Translations under genes and position numbers: made by a program
Shown here: positions 11,679 to 26,269 of the stretch, piece by piece
Position numbering within the stretch: the stretch's first letter is position 1
Layout: each line of letters opens with the position of its first letter
The notes under the pieces: generated by a model
The model's database searches: none
What the model was told of the DNA's origin: nothing
Seen by the model: the letters and a program-made list of their open reading frames with translations, nothing else
NCBI RefSeq assembly: GCF_964204865.1
Contig: NC_135259.1
Span: forward strand, 7,750,001 to 7,814,000
Length of the DNA: 64,000 nucleotides
Source: Styela clava
Lineage: Eukaryota
Reading direction: 5' to 3'

Positions 11679-14600
11679 ATGGATAAGAAAGTTTATTATA
11701 CAAAAACGCAAACCTCGGACAATTATCCTCCCAGAGTTCTTCATATTTGTGGATCAGTTGAATCTTCAATTGGCGGAAATTTGACGACCTCGACTATCGG
11801 GACATCGTCAGCGCTGATGGGTGATAGAAGTCCTTCACCTAAGTAAGTGGTCTTGATATAATATAAAAGTAATTTTATAAATAATACTCAATTTTAGTAG
11901 AGTTTTCTAGAGTCAATATTATAATGTACCCCAATCTGTATTACAGTGGGTATTGTGATTGACTTCTTCATGCTCCCACAGTCCAGCAGTCAGTAATGAG
12001 GCACTGAGGTCAAGAAAAATGGCATTATCTGAATAAAACTGCAAAGCCACTGTTTATTTAAAACCACTCAGCAATTCCATTAATTCAATATTGTTTTGGA
12101 AATAAATTATTAATGGATGCATGAAGTTTATACAAAAACCTTTCGTTTTTATCAATTTGAATGACCTATTGCTGTATTGTTTCCAGTGAGGTTTGTTGTG
12201 AAAACTTATTTTGCTATATTTTACACAAATTGTCTGAATATTAATTGGAAATTTAAATACCGTAGTCTTCTAAATCAAAACCTAATTTATGGCAGTATAA
12301 GAAATGGGACTTGTCTGCTCAATAGTCATTAGTGTCGAATTCATGCTCAAATTGCTGATAACAACTTCAGAAAATTGGTCTTTTAAATATTAGCGCATCC
12401 AAAATCCATACATATCATAGATTAAATAGGCTATACCAGAGTGTGTAATTTGTATGATTTTTTTGTATTTGAAATGATTAGATCCATGGCTGACATTGAG
12501 CCATATACCATGTTAAGCAGCTACACCATTTTGTCTTGATTCTTTGCAACTTTATCCCGATACTTGTGAGTTTATGGACTGGCCCAACCAACACCGGCAA
12601 GAGCTTCAGGTTGAATATCAAGCTTGTCAAAATGAAAAATTTATTGCTGTTTGCTCGAAGATTTGCACATTATGTATATTATGCGCTAGGACAGTAGGAA
12701 CACACCAGCACTGCTGATTATCATGTGTGGTTTTGCAAGTTAAAATATCATGGGAAATAAGGATTTCTGGTCTGCAGGGTGTTTCATGATACCACTGGTC
12801 AGTTACAGCTTCCTCCACCACCATAATCTGGTTCACTATTTCTATATCCGACATTGTCCTTTTCTACGAGAAAAATTTAACTCTATTATTCATATTTTTC
12901 GTGCCACCTCCAATTAACTTGTTTACATAAAAAACAATATGATAGTGCATATATTTGTTGCCAGGTAGATTCCTATTTAATGGGCTAACAGATTGCTTTT
13001 TTGTTTTAGTGTCTGTACTGTACCACATGATAGAAATAACAATGTCATAGTGTCACCGTCCTGGGCATCCAAACAAAATCCAAGCATAAAGCAAAACGAC
13101 CTGCAAGTCAAGCTTCCTACAACAGTAAACATCAAGACTGAACCAGAGTGCGACTCTCCAAATATAGTGCAGGTAATGAAAATTAGAAAAAGTACTATGA
13201 GGCTCTCCAGAAGCTACTTACCGGTAATTGATGACATACTTAATTATTCGGTGTACTTAATTGATAACGTTTTCACAATGTTACTATGATCTCTGAATAT
13301 TTTAATTTCCAAGACTCCTTCCAAGCTATCATTATGATGGAATAGGGCCATACATTCGATTTTAATATATGCTGATCTGATTTGAGACTTTATGTGTCCC
13401 GGAACAAATACGCTTTTTATCTCACCTCGCGGAACACCAAGAAATTAAAAGGTAAAATCATTGGCTGGTTTTTAAAAAATTTGGCCTATGATAAAATTAA
13501 AAAGTTTGCTGTTAACTTGACAATTAAAAAATTAGGCCGAAAGTTAAAACTCCATGCTTTCAAGACTGGCACGAGGCCTGTCCTCTTGTTAAGATCGCAA
13601 GGCCTGTTCACCTGTTTGTCGACAGGCGGGAGACAAATGCTGGAGTACGGTTGAGATCGCCATGGCAACCAATTTATTCGCAATTTTGATCACTCTTCTG
13701 CCGAACACTCTGAAGAGGTTCACAGAGCACCAGTGTTCCACGGAACATAGTTTGCTAAATGCTGGTATAGGGTGACAATTTGGTTAAGCAGAACTTCAAC
13801 CGGATACCCCAAACATATCTCGTAACTGGCAACTGCACTATTTATGCCAGGCCTGCCCAACCTTTTTCGCCTCGCGGGCCACCTTCACGTGACAAAATTC
13901 GTTGCGGGCCGCAAACGTTTGTACCTATCATTAATATCAGCTAAGTCCTGATTTCGCTGTAGGTAATTCACATAATACATAAAAGGCAAGTTTATTAACA
14001 TAAAATCAATCAATTTCATAATTGCTTTCTGGTTACTGAGTAGGGCAGGCAAATTATTCAAATATTAAGTCAAATAAAAGAAGAGCAGGTTACTATTCGA
14101 ATATCTGGTAACACGGGGCGTGGACATGACACTTGCGTTTTTTTGACGACCACACGAGAACACACACATCACGTCGAAATTGAGTGTTATATTCGCCTGT
14201 ACTTTTTTTTTTTCAGTAGCTATGATACTGCCTCAATGTTCAAATGAGCATAATGTGCGCCAATGTCACAGAAATATCAAGTTTGAGTGGACAGTTTCTT
14301 GCAATTTGAAACACCAATACAAGTATTTATTGAAGTAACATTATAAAGATTTCTGGACTAATAGCCTATATATACTGATTTGTAACCAATATGCAGCAAT
14401 TCCATTAAGTCATCATATTTCATCAGAAATATTGACGGATAGACAGTGGCGATTTCCGAAATCTTATTTAACCTAAACATTAAATAAAAAAAAATACAAA
14501 CATAAAAGGGCAACGAGTCCCGGGACCAGTAAGTAGGCCTACCAAAGATATTGTTGACTTTTTATTTAACGTTAGCGATAAAGACAACCAAAGCAGACAA

Positions 14601-17600
14601 GTAAGAAACAATCAGAATGAAATTAATTTGCAAATTCAGGATCCAAATTCATTCCTATAATTGCACTCAGCGTTCGTCCTCAATGATCCGCACAATATCT
14701 TTAGAGTTTCTCGAACAGAACGCTCAGTTAGGCGAGAAATAAAAAACTGACGTCGATGTCCACCAGGGTGCAAGACTTGACACATACGTAATAATAAGAA
14801 TCTGCATTTGAATGTAGATAGATGGCAGGAATAATCACATCAAGATCACGAAACATATTCAAGCCTATATATTGATATATAACATAGAATAAAAATAAAA
14901 AATCTGCTTACAAACTTTATTTACATTTATTTATTTACATTCATTTATTTACAAACTTACTTACGGGCCGCCGGGTTGGGCAGCCTCGATTTATGCTATC
15001 CATCTCATGAATTGGTGTTCTGATTATTACCTATTTTAAATCCAACCTACTCTTTACTGGATTGGCTATCAACAATTTTTCACAGACACAACTAATGGAA
15101 CAGTTGGATTTTTTTTATTTCATTAAGTTATGATGTTTACTTAATATTAAATTCATCCCAAGTGATTCAAGAGTCTTGCTGCACACTAACACAAATATAT
15201 TTCTGTAACGTTTCGTCTGACCAAGGTCAGACTTCTTCAGAAACCAAATCATTATAAATCATGTTATAATTTATATAATGGGGAGGATACACAACAGTAA
15301 ATTGATAGGCACTTATGTGAAAGTTTAATTTATTTACCTGATGTAATTTTCATTAAAATTGGAATGAGGTTATAAATTTGAACTATAAGATTCATATCTA
15401 GATGCTCAATTTTTCTACCCGGTAAGAAGCAGAATTTATTATTAAATATTCATTCTTACATAATTTATTAATATTGAACCCCAATGTATTACAAAATCAG
15501 ATGAGTGTTATCAGCTACTTCTATGTTCTTTCAATCTGAGACATAACAATAACATCGTGCCTGCAGGCAATAAATTTTCTCAGTGTTTCATTTATGAAAG
15601 TTAATAATCGTTTGGTTTTCAAAATTTTTGGCCGTTATGGTCGCCCTTTTCAATTAAAATTTCATCAAACTTGTTTTTTTGTATAGACAGGTTAGTCGAA
15701 CGTACACAGTGTGAATTATTTTTGTTTAAGGAGTCATCTTTTGTTTGGTTTGAAATTTTCGTTTCATTTTGTATAACATACTGGTACATTAAATCATAAT
15801 TTAAAATATACAAGAAGAGTATAGCACATAAAAATACATGCTTTTGAATACTCATACCAATTTTGTCGCATATTAAGAAATATAGGTTGGCCTTGCCTTC
15901 ATGAATATATCAAATTTTTTTTTAAACTAAGAACAGGTGCCATTGACACATGTTGGTTGGAATATTATTGTTATGAAATTGCGAAATGCAGCTAAACCAG
16001 AATGATACCTTCATAAATTTGAGTAAATCTGTGTTCAAAATGCATGATATAATATAATATGGTATTCACAAAAACTCAAAATTACTTGAGTGCAAAAAGG
16101 AAACATTTTATGAACATACTTTATAGAGCATTGGTTCTTAATCTTTTAAGCCGCGCGTGTTTCAGAATTTGTCAATTCCCGCGCCCCATCAATAAAATGA
16201 TTAGCTAATAAAGAGTTACGAAACACAGATAGTGAGGCAAAATTATGTTTTATAAAATGTTGAAAATATGTGGATGGAACGTAAATATTTAAAATGAAGA
16301 AATATGAATATTTAAAATATTATATAAAGGCGGGCAAGATCAAATCTTAACAAATACTAATATTTTTAATTAGGTAGTTTTACACACTTTCAAAAAAAAT
16401 TCTCTTATATCTATCTCGATGGTGAGAAAAGCCAATTACATGTCAAACCATAGCTTCGTTTGTGTTCACTATTCCCTATTCTCATATGGGAATAGGCAGC
16501 TTATTAATAGAATAAGTAGTAAGCAACCAGTGGTTTTTTGAATAATGCTAAGACAGTGACGGAGGGGACTAGAAATTCCTGCACAAAACTCTTGTTCTCA
16601 ATCAACTCCTGTGTCATATTGCCAAACTATTATACTGCTGCACATTGACATGTTAGAAACAGGTGAAAGTTTGTTTGTACTCAAACAGAAATTTATCAGT
16701 CATGTGATCCATTCCATATTTTTTTGTTGTTGAATTTTGTTTTTTTAATGTCAATTTGTTTTAACCGAATGGTTCCCAACCTTATATGCTAAATTCCTTC
16801 CTTCCCTTTTCCTATTGTGAAACTCATCTCTCCCTTTTCACTGCTCGTAAAAACCATGTTGTTTTTCATTTCTTAATGGATCACTACATTCACTAGTACT
16901 CTGTTTACTATTTGTACATAAATATCAAAATATGTTTTAATATTTCTGAGTAAGCAATGAACATTGTTAATACTACACACAAATACGAGGTAAAATACCT
17001 TCTCTCAAAACAATGAAATTGCTCGAAGGGAAGAAATTCTGCTGGGTCCGGAACACTGTTTTATCTAATCCTCTCCGCACCATTCAGATACCGGGGTATA
17101 TTAGAGTGCAACATTTCAATACAGTCATCGTGACAATATAATTTTCAGAGTCTTTCACCAAGAAAGTGTAGTTACGACACGCGAGTACATTGTAGCTCTA
17201 ATTTTGTCCAACTACTATTGCTGTAATTGAATTTGAATATTCTATTCTTCTTATTTCTCATCTTACTCATGAATCATCTCTCTGGCTTTTATTCAAATTT
17301 TCAAAAGTTTGGACAATAAATTTGATAGCGGAAAATGGGGAGATCCAACATAGCACTATTAGCAAGGTTTTTGACAAGGGGAAAAAAATTTTGCCCACCT
17401 AGATCGTCGTGCCATGTAAGTGTGACGTGAAAAGTTACATGTGACCATAGCCTACACAACAAGCGCACTGGGTGAAAGAAAGAGGCGTGAAAATCATGTT
17501 GTCGAATCGAGTGAGCAAGAAAATGTGAAGTTTCGTTAGCGTCCCCATATCATGAAAGTCTGTGGCAACTTAAAATACAACTTACACAGACTACGATCAT

Positions 17601-20600
17601 AATCTAACAAGCATATTGCAGGGCCAGATTGAATCACCCAACGGGCCGGATTTGAACCACTGGCCGCAGTTGGCCCATGTCAGTTCTAGGGAGAACAAAA
17701 CTTATTGTAAAAATGCCTAGATTACTGATTGTTTTGGGTACAATCATACACAGATGGAAGTTCAAGTGTTGAAAAAATTACCGTGGTAATTAATAACAAA
17801 CTGATGAGTTCTGTTTTGGGGTTATCTCTTATGTGTCATCGAGTATGAATGTTTGTGTTATTCTGTATTTAGTATGTACATACTTGCATGTTGTTCCTAA
17901 TAATTTCCTCTAGCGAGTTTGTGAGCATGCTTTGTCTTTATGGTTTATGAGTGCTCTGGCAAAATTTTGAACTTGGTGTGCTGTTACAAGTAAACACAAA
18001 TAGTTTAAATAGCATTTCCTGTAAAATCCAGAACAATTATTGACAAAATATAAATTAATGCGTTTATGTAATTGTTTTGATTTTTTTTACACCAAGATGA
18101 CGGTACCTTGTTCATCAAAGATGAGGCGAGTTCGACGTTTTGTACCTACAGCCAGAAAGGATGAATTTTATTGGATGAAAAGAAGGAAAAACAATGAGGC
18201 TGCCAGGAGGTATTAATTTTTTCAGTTGCATAGTAGCCTACTTTTTCAGCATTTATTATGTTTTGAAAGTAAAGACTTTTACTTACTATTTTACTATATT
18301 CTAGAAACCTTTCATAAATTCAACATCAGAGAAATATTGTATAGTATGAATAATGATACATTCTTATATGACATATTTATAAACTTTTCTTAACCAAAGC
18401 TCTAAATAGGCTAGGTAAGCAGCTAGAGCAGTGGTTCCCAAAGTAGGGTCCGCGGACCTTCTGGGGACTGTGAAGCATGGCTTATAGCTTGATCATACAA
18501 AAATTAAGTACCGTGGTTCTCCGTGTATAATATGCACTTTCATGGTCAAATTTAGTCTCACAAATATGGGGGTGCGTACTGCGTATTATACATTGGTCTA
18601 GAAAATATAAAAAATATTAATTCTCATTTTATGCTTTAACTGGCTAATAATTGTCACATTTATTAATCTTAAGTTCCTAATTTAATGTGGCAAAGTCTGT
18701 TAAAATCAGATCATGCTTGATTCGGTAGAAGCATACCCAGTCCTCAACAATATAGTGTGGATGAAGGCACACCCTTAACTGCTGTCATTGTCTGGTCTAT
18801 TTCTCTCGTTTCGCCGAATTGGCAAAACTTTACCATAATAAATCACCATATGAGTGACCTATAACTTCTCTCTGAAGTGTGATGTCTGAAAACAGGTTCT
18901 GATATCAGGCCTTGTCAGCTTTTAAATGGGAAGGGACAAATGAATTTTCAAGGTACTTTAATGTCAAATAACATCACATCATGATTGACAGATGTATCAC
19001 AGGCAAATACAAAACATATTACCAGATATATATATAGTTAACAAAAGGCAAGCAGACAGAATGCCTGAAACGACTGACCGGGAAAAACACCTACAAGGCA
19101 AAAGAATTTTGATATGCGTATTATGCATGGAGTTTAAAAAATTCTAGTTGAAAATGTACTAAAACCTGGGTGCGTATTATCTTTGGTATATTTACATGGA
19201 GAAATACGGTACTTAAATTTGCAAATACACATTTGTCGCTTTTTGCTGCTTCGCAATCACTGCTGGAGACACTTATTCTTCACCCATTGAATGACAAGTT
19301 TTTGGTTGCTATTAGATTTTCTGATTATGTATATTGAGGAAATAATGATATATTGTTGACTCCTGTCGGCGGTTTTGTTTTCTATTTTATTTTTATTTTT
19401 ATGGTACTTGATCCAATTTCGTAATGAATTTTAATTAAATTGAATATAATATATATGTGGTATTCACATCATTAATTTCATAACAGCCGATACTATTTGG
19501 GAACTTTTAATGAGCCAATTGATGGTGGCCAGTTTATTTTTCTCTTATTTAATTTGAAACCTTTACCCAATTAAAAACGTTGTTTTCTGGATCAAGCTTA
19601 TTAATGAAGGGGAGAATGGGAAACTCATGCGCTAGAACTGTAATACCACAGATAAAAGCGTGCAATGATCCCCATTTTTTACACAGTATTGTAATTGGAT
19701 GGTCTTCTACATTTTAACGAGGTTTTTACTCTCAGAATCCCATTATTATATAACCTATTTCAACTAATAGGGTATGCACATCCTGGTTTGTTTTGAAAAT
19801 GCATCCTTGATGATTGCCAGGATTTATTTTGAATCTGTGAAATTCCAAAAACACAAATATATCTTTTATTTTTTGATTTAATTCAGCTGCCTTATTTTTA
19901 AAATACACCCGTCTGTGTACCTTAGAAGGCTTAGATGACTCATATTTTGGAGACGATTTTCCAACTGTCCCATGTTTATGTTTTAGTCAAATTGTATGTT
20001 CGGAGACTCTCATAACATCTATTTTTTTTCAGATCGAGAGAAAAAAGACGGACCAATGATCTGGTGTTGGCCCAGAAAGTATTACTGTTATTAAAAGAAA
20101 ATTTTCAACTGAAAAGAGAGCTGCTAGCAGTTAAAGTATTTTATTTTTCATGAATTTCAATTTAAAAATAGTTATATAATTTTTGATGGTCGCATGCTTT
20201 TAATATTGATTTTTTTGTAACCTTTTATTTTTGTTAGTAGCGTTATCAGCCTCCTGGAGGTTTGTAGTCTTTCTTCTGTTTGGAAATTTTAGTAACAAGA
20301 ATACTAATACCATCATAATGTTTAGTTTTTAGTTTTATCCACCACAATACCGTCATTTTTAAAGAATCCAAAACTGGTAATCTTACTTGTTTGTCTTCAA
20401 GTCACTGTATGATAATAACAGGTTATTTTTGGATCAGTGACTTAATTTTAGCCACAAACCATACTCGTATCTTTTTATCTCTAAAAACAATTTATTGTTT
20501 TGATTAATAAGTTCATTGTATGCAAATTTTTGTACTCCCGAAGTATGTGAACCAAGATGGTGGACACCAGAACATAGTATGTGTACCAGGTTAGGGTTAG

Positions 20601-23600
20601 GCCATAATTTCAGGAACAAATACTACGGGAGTCACTCGGCGAGTCCCCGAACTGTTAATAAAACTAAAATAAGGACAATCGGAATAAAATTATGTCCTCA
20701 CCCTAACCTGGTACATATACTACGTTCCAGTGTCCGTTATCTTGGTTTACATACTTCGGGAGTTCCCAAATTTTATTAAATAAATATCGCAAATGCATAA
20801 TTCCTCACAGCTCAAATACAATGAAATTGATCCATCAGAAGTTGAAGAAATAGATAAGTATTTGAGGAAACATGAACTTCATGCCGATATTCAAGACGGT
20901 CTCAACCTAATGAACTTCGATTTGCAAGAGGTAGGTTAATTTTTATTATACGTGGATGCAGTCATGCATGCATGCTGAAGTGTTCAAAATTTATCTTTTT
21001 TTTTCCATTTCACAATTGAATAACGATTTTCAGAAAAAAAGTTAAAAAGGAGCATATTTACAAAGTCGGACTGGCAATATTTAATGCATTAATAACTGTT
21101 GATAAATGACAGTGAATACTTTGTGTAACTACTGTCAATAACTACTGTTAAATAAAAAGGGAAAAGTTAATAAAAAAAAGTCTCGGGTATCTTGTTACCC
21201 TTATTTTACTTTTACCACTAGTATTAATTTTGCATTTCTACTCTGGTAACTTCAGTAGGCCTATATATTGTAACTTGTAAGCAAGGTATCCTTAAGGTGC
21301 ACAACTGCGACCGCCATTCATACACCATTTCCGCTGGAAAATCTCATTCTAGCGTGCTTGCAACAATTTCGAAGCGTGGCTCGTCATATTTTCTAATGCA
21401 TGCTAGAATCCCCGTTCCTTGTTCTTATGTCTGAAATTATCTGGAACGGGCCATTTTCAGCCAAGCCTGCAATGCCAACGTGGGACGGTGTTGCATTTAG
21501 AAATTCTTATTATGCGCTCTGGATTTAGTGTTGTCACGCCAGCAAAATTGACTTGTCCGTAGTAAAGTCAACACAAATAAAGATATGGAAAGTTTAGAAT
21601 TTAAATGAATATTTGCTGTGCCCACTGTTTTTAGACGGTATTTGTTGGCTGCTCGTAGGCGTATCGTTAGGCTAGAGCTAGACTGAGTTTAATGAGGGAA
21701 TAAATGAAAGTGAAATGCTCAAAAAAATCTGAAAACCTGGCTTGAGGTTACGAAAACTCGAAACCTGGGTTTCAAAATAATAAACCTGAGCGGGACACCA
21801 TATTATGAACCTATGATGTTAGTTATATAATCTATTATTTAATCTGTAACCTAAACCTTTCATGGAAACAAATAATCATTGGTTAAGCTTGACGAAAGGT
21901 CCGGAGTCGGACCGCGGTTTGCCAGTTGAGTAGCCCTGTTCTAGAATAACGTAGATGCACTACAAATAATAAACACCGTCGTTTTGTTTTGGTTATTAAT
22001 GATGTATTCACATTGTTTACATTTAATCGAAAAATGCTGCCTTAATTGTGCGCCATTGTTCTATTTATGTAATAATAAACATAATATTATCAATTTGTAT
22101 GTTATATCAAATTTTGGTTGTACTTGAATCCACATTGCTTTTGGGGCCCAATGAGCCATCTACATTTATCTCATGTGATATGTGGTGACGACTGAGAAAA
22201 TCAATTCGTCAATGGTGATGATATTGCTACCATGACACGCAGATTAGTAATAAAATTAATATTCAACCGACATCTATATTGGTATTTTTTATCATTCATT
22301 CTCCATATGGTGAAGTAAATAACCTAACTTCTACTCAATTGTTGGAGATAATACATTACATACTTATCTGTGACTTTTATCAAATTCTCATGTCTTTAGA
22401 ATAATTACTGGAATAAAAATAACACTACATCACATTCATTATTTTTCTGCTCCTCTAGTTACATCCAACTTTTGCAATATACTTTTACACAGAAATTTTT
22501 CTGATAATAGCAATATTTTTTATTTACAAAGTCATTTTCTCCTCTTCTGGGCGATGAAATTGTTTCTAAGTTAAAAACAAATTGATTGATCTAAACTGCT
22601 GGTCTTTTCCTGCTCTTCTCTCTAATAAAATTAAATGTTTCTTTTTCAAGTATTCAGGGATCGATTCGATTTAGATTCGTTTTCAATGGGCCAATATCAA
22701 AAATAAGTATTTTTTTTATTCAGCCAATTTGATTTTTCCAATAAAAAACAGTAGTCATATCGACTCATATGTGCGAGGAAATACTCAAGAATATAGGAAA
22801 TACTGTGTTACTTTCCAAGAATAATTTCCAAACTTGGCAATATTTCGTTTATAAAATGAAGCATCGCAAAGGATGATAAAAATATTTCACTTTCTGTATT
22901 AAAAGGGATTTTTGTTTATATGGTACACATTTAAGTATTTCAGGTGACGAGGAAAGCAAGCTTAATTTATAATTTTGTATGAAACCTAAATATTATGCAG
23001 ATCAGTGATCTATGTATAATTCAACACGGTAGTCTAATTTGGACAAATTGAATTACCATGTTTTATTTGGCAGCTCCGCCGACAACGACAATACTATTAT
23101 TGTTACTTCCTATAGTTACACTACCATTCTCGTAGAAGCATATTTAATTTTTTTGCCTGGTTGATTGTTACGCAATATTTTTATCAGCTTTTTTTTCTAT
23201 ATGTTTTATAATAAATTACATTATATGAAAATTTTTAATAAAACATTCCACATTTCAATCCGATGGATTTTACCCAGAAGGGCAAAAACTTGAAAAAGCT
23301 GTTTGAGATAATGAGAAAAATTTAATTTTTTATTTCTTAACTTCTGTAAATTTTTATTGAATTGAATAGCCTATTACTTCAAACTATGATTTGATACCAG
23401 TTAGATAATAAGCACCATTCTCTTATAATATGTCCGAATGAGAATTCAAACATTTGACTTTCTCTGTCTTGGAACTCAAATTAATAGCACCAATCCACTT
23501 TTTATGAGAAATTCATCATTTCATTCTGTCATGTCTCATTTTTAATCTAACAGATTTTCCATAAAAATTTAACAGAACTTTGTTCGCAATCCCGCTAATT

Positions 23601-26269
23601 ACTTACTAGTCGCGGGGGTGTAGATCACCGTGCTAATCGTTAGGAATACGCTCGCCACCACACCTCTGATTACTCTGCGTGGGCTCGCAGGTTTCGAATC
23701 CCATGCGGGGATAGTTATGTGCGAGAGGATTGCTGGATTCCCGTCGCTGTAGGGTGGTTCACGCAACCGCTGGTCGGTTACGGCTTCCTCCACCATCAAG
23801 TCCATGCTCCCGAAAACAAATAACTAATTCCATACCCGACATGGAATGGTAACTGGACAAGAGGCCGTGGTTCGCCATATGGTTAAGCCAGCTTATCGGC
23901 TTTCCTTTCCCCCAGGATAAATATGTAGATCCTATCCTACTTTCATCAGGCTCAATACTTGAGAAAGAAATTCTGTACTTAGAAATGAAACAATATTTTG
24001 GCAGAATCCTTTGTGCTAAAATTTGATTACCTTCACATTCTTAAAATTTTTATTTCAATTACTACAGATTCATGTGCAACCAAGCTCACAATTTCATTTG
24101 GCGAAGTCTGGAGAGACTAAGTTACCATCAACAAATGGTATAGCAAGCTCAAGTAGACTGACAGAAAATGTTAATGGTCAAACCATGCATAATACATTAA
24201 TACAAAATGGGATACATGAAAAAGTATGTACCATGAAAATATCCTTATATTATGATTAATTTTTATTATCTTTTCCATTCAGCAAGACAATGCTCCCCAG
24301 GTGGGGTATTCGATGATTTTGGGGAGTGTGTTCGGTGCAGTATTGCTAATATTCTTAACATATTCAATATTTTGAAGATACATATCCATTCACCTTATAA
24401 ACTGTTCGACCGTACAAAAGCCGGAGTACGAATTGCGAGTATAGCTAGCTAATATTCATTAAAAACTGAACAACAGAGGAAAACTAGAGTTGCCAAGCTA
24501 AGATAGGGAGGAATGAAGAATTTCACATTATTAGGCAAAATATATTTTGAAAAAAGTCCTATTCCACTGAATATTGTATTAGGATTCTGAAGATGAATAA
24601 AAATATGTTTATTTTATCAAATTCTAAAATACTCCCGTATGTTACAAATTTTCTCATTGAAGTATCTAACAATATGTTGCAAATCCAATAGTTAATCAAG
24701 CCTTGAGAAAATTTGTTGAAATGCCATTTCTGTCAAATGTTTTTAATGTTGTAACTCCTTATTAACATTTCCATAATAAACTAAGAAGTTATTTTGGGCC
24801 TTATTAGCCAAAGTCGTATAGGATTCTGTGTTTATAAGGGCTTCTGTTTACAATTATCAAGAAGCCCTTATGAACTTTTGAATCTAAATATATCCTTTCC
24901 TAATTGGTTAGTCAGTTGCTAAATTGAAACAATATGAATAATTTGGCTTTTTTAGATCTGTTGCTTTTCAAGGTTATCAATTATTTTTCATCAGGTTTCC
25001 TCTATAAACGAAGAGATTAAATCTCACGTTGATGGGAAGCATCAAGTTTTGAATCATACTGTCTTCATGGAAGTTTCATGCAATGCTGAATCCAATAACA
25101 CAGATTGTCAATGTCCTGAACCTTTACAGTAAGTCTGCAGTAGTTAACTTGAGCTTCTTGAATCAGTGTTCATTATAATTTATTACCAAAATATACTATG
25201 TGAGCATTGAGCAATGACATAATGGTTTGCGCATTTGACCTTTCTTTTCTATCTTGTTGTCATGTGTAACAGATTACATCTTCAAAACTATACCAACTAC
25301 CTGACCAAACCAGAGTTCATATCAACCACCTTGGCCAAAGTTCATACCAACCACCTTCACCAGATTCCATACCAATCACCTTGACCAGAGTTTATACCAT
25401 TCGCCTTGACCAGAGTTCATACCAATCACCTTGACCAGAGTCCATACCAACCACCTTGACCAGAGTCCATACCAACCACCTTGACCAGAGTCCATACCAA
25501 CCACCTTGACCAGAGTCCATACCAACCACCTTCACCAGAGTTTATACCAACCACCTTGACCAGAGTTCATACCAACCACCTTGGCCAGAGTTCATACCAA
25601 CCACCTTGATCAGAGTCCATACCAACCACCTTGGCCAGTGTTCATACCGACCACCTTGACCAAAGTTCTGGTCCTTTAAATAAAAGAAAGCTCCTTATAT
25701 TGGATTATTCTGGATGCTGTTACGGGACCCTCGTGATTAAGTGTTATATGAAAAAATTAATTTTTACTTGTAACTTATATCCAATCTAACTTAAATTTAT
25801 TTATGTTATTTCAAATTTCAGAAACTCCGTTCCCGATAATGTCCAGAAAACCTTGTCCGATTCCAACAGAGCTTTTGACCTCCAGGCACCATCAGCAGTA
25901 AAAAACATTTTTGTACAAAGCTATCAAGTCAGGAATCCAGTAAACTCTCAGCAAAATGGCAATTTCCATGATAATGATATGCACAAGGAAGGTAAAACTT
26001 ATCATGTGAAGTACATTCCTAATCTAAAGGCTGAACAGCAGCGTAGTAGTATACAGGAAGAACCTAATGAAAAGCTGATCTCGCTGCATACTCGTTCATA
26101 CTCTGGAACAGATTTAACTAATATTAGCAGTGATTATACATCTACTTCATACGAAGCGAGTTGTGATACATCTCCAAAATCTGCAATTGACCGACATGAT
26201 GCGCAGGATAAAAATCTTAGACTTCCTTATAAATTGCGTTTCAAACTTGGTACAATGCAGTCAGTGTAG
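11679..26269 (+). CDS. NFIL3: NFIL3/E4BP4/vrille-family bZIP transcriptional repressor, ~466 aa
   Basis: Phase-compatible exons 11679-11842, 13010-13172, 18097-18209, 20033-20135, 20811-20930, 24068-24223, 24995-25128, 25822-26269. bZIP: [66 protein letters not shown]. C-terminal LPYKLRFK corresponds to the LPHKLRxK repression motif. The two N-terminal exons are less certain. Confidence 0.88.
12695..12856 (+). mobile_element. Degenerate SINE copy in NFIL3 intron 1
   Basis: CACTGGTCAGTTACAGCTTCCTCCACCA matches the core of the 23609 copy. Confidence 0.6.
13848..14988. mobile_element. hAT-type non-autonomous element in NFIL3 intron 2
   Basis: TIRs CAGGCCTGCCCAACC / GGTTGGGCAGCCTCG; GCGGGCC subterminal motifs; 8-bp TSD ATTTATGC at 13840-13847 and 14989-14996. 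Confidence 0.8.
18511..19209. mobile_element. pogo/Tigger-like (Tc1/mariner superfamily) MITE nested in a hAT MITE remnant that starts at 18429
   Basis: Imperfect TIRs CCGTGGTTCTCCGTGTATAA / TTTACATGGAGAAATACGG flanked by TA on both sides; CAGTGGTTCCCAAA hAT end 80 bp upstream. Confidence 0.7.
20531..20766. mobile_element. Foldback MITE with ~80-bp TIRs containing GGTTAGGGTTAGG, 8-bp TSD
   Basis: The left arm ACTCCCGAAGTATGTGAACCAAGATGG...ACCAGGTTAGGGTTAGG is mirrored by the right arm; TSD CAAATTTT at 20523-20530 and 20767-20774. Confidence 0.85.
23609..23939 (+). mobile_element. Full-length tRNA-derived SINE (~330 bp)
   Basis: tRNA-like head with an A-box-like segment and B box GGTTTCGAATCCC (23690-23702); body and GGATAAATATGTAGATCCTATCC tail recur at 7695, 10953, 12695, 28585 and 29553. 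Confidence 0.8.
25295..25667. repeat. Minisatellite, 25-bp unit ACCAGAGTYCATACCAACCACCTTG, about 14-15 copies, in the last NFIL3 intron
   Basis: Direct periodicity, e.g. TTGACCAGAG at 25431, 25456 and 25481; no unique spacers. Confidence 0.95.

Noticed and set aside
23609-23712. Possible tRNA gene
   Set aside because: No complete cloverleaf or oligo-T terminator; it continues into a multi-copy SINE body.
25295-25667. Possible CRISPR array
   Set aside because: Units are head-to-tail with no unique spacers, there are no cas genes, and the context is a eukaryotic intron.
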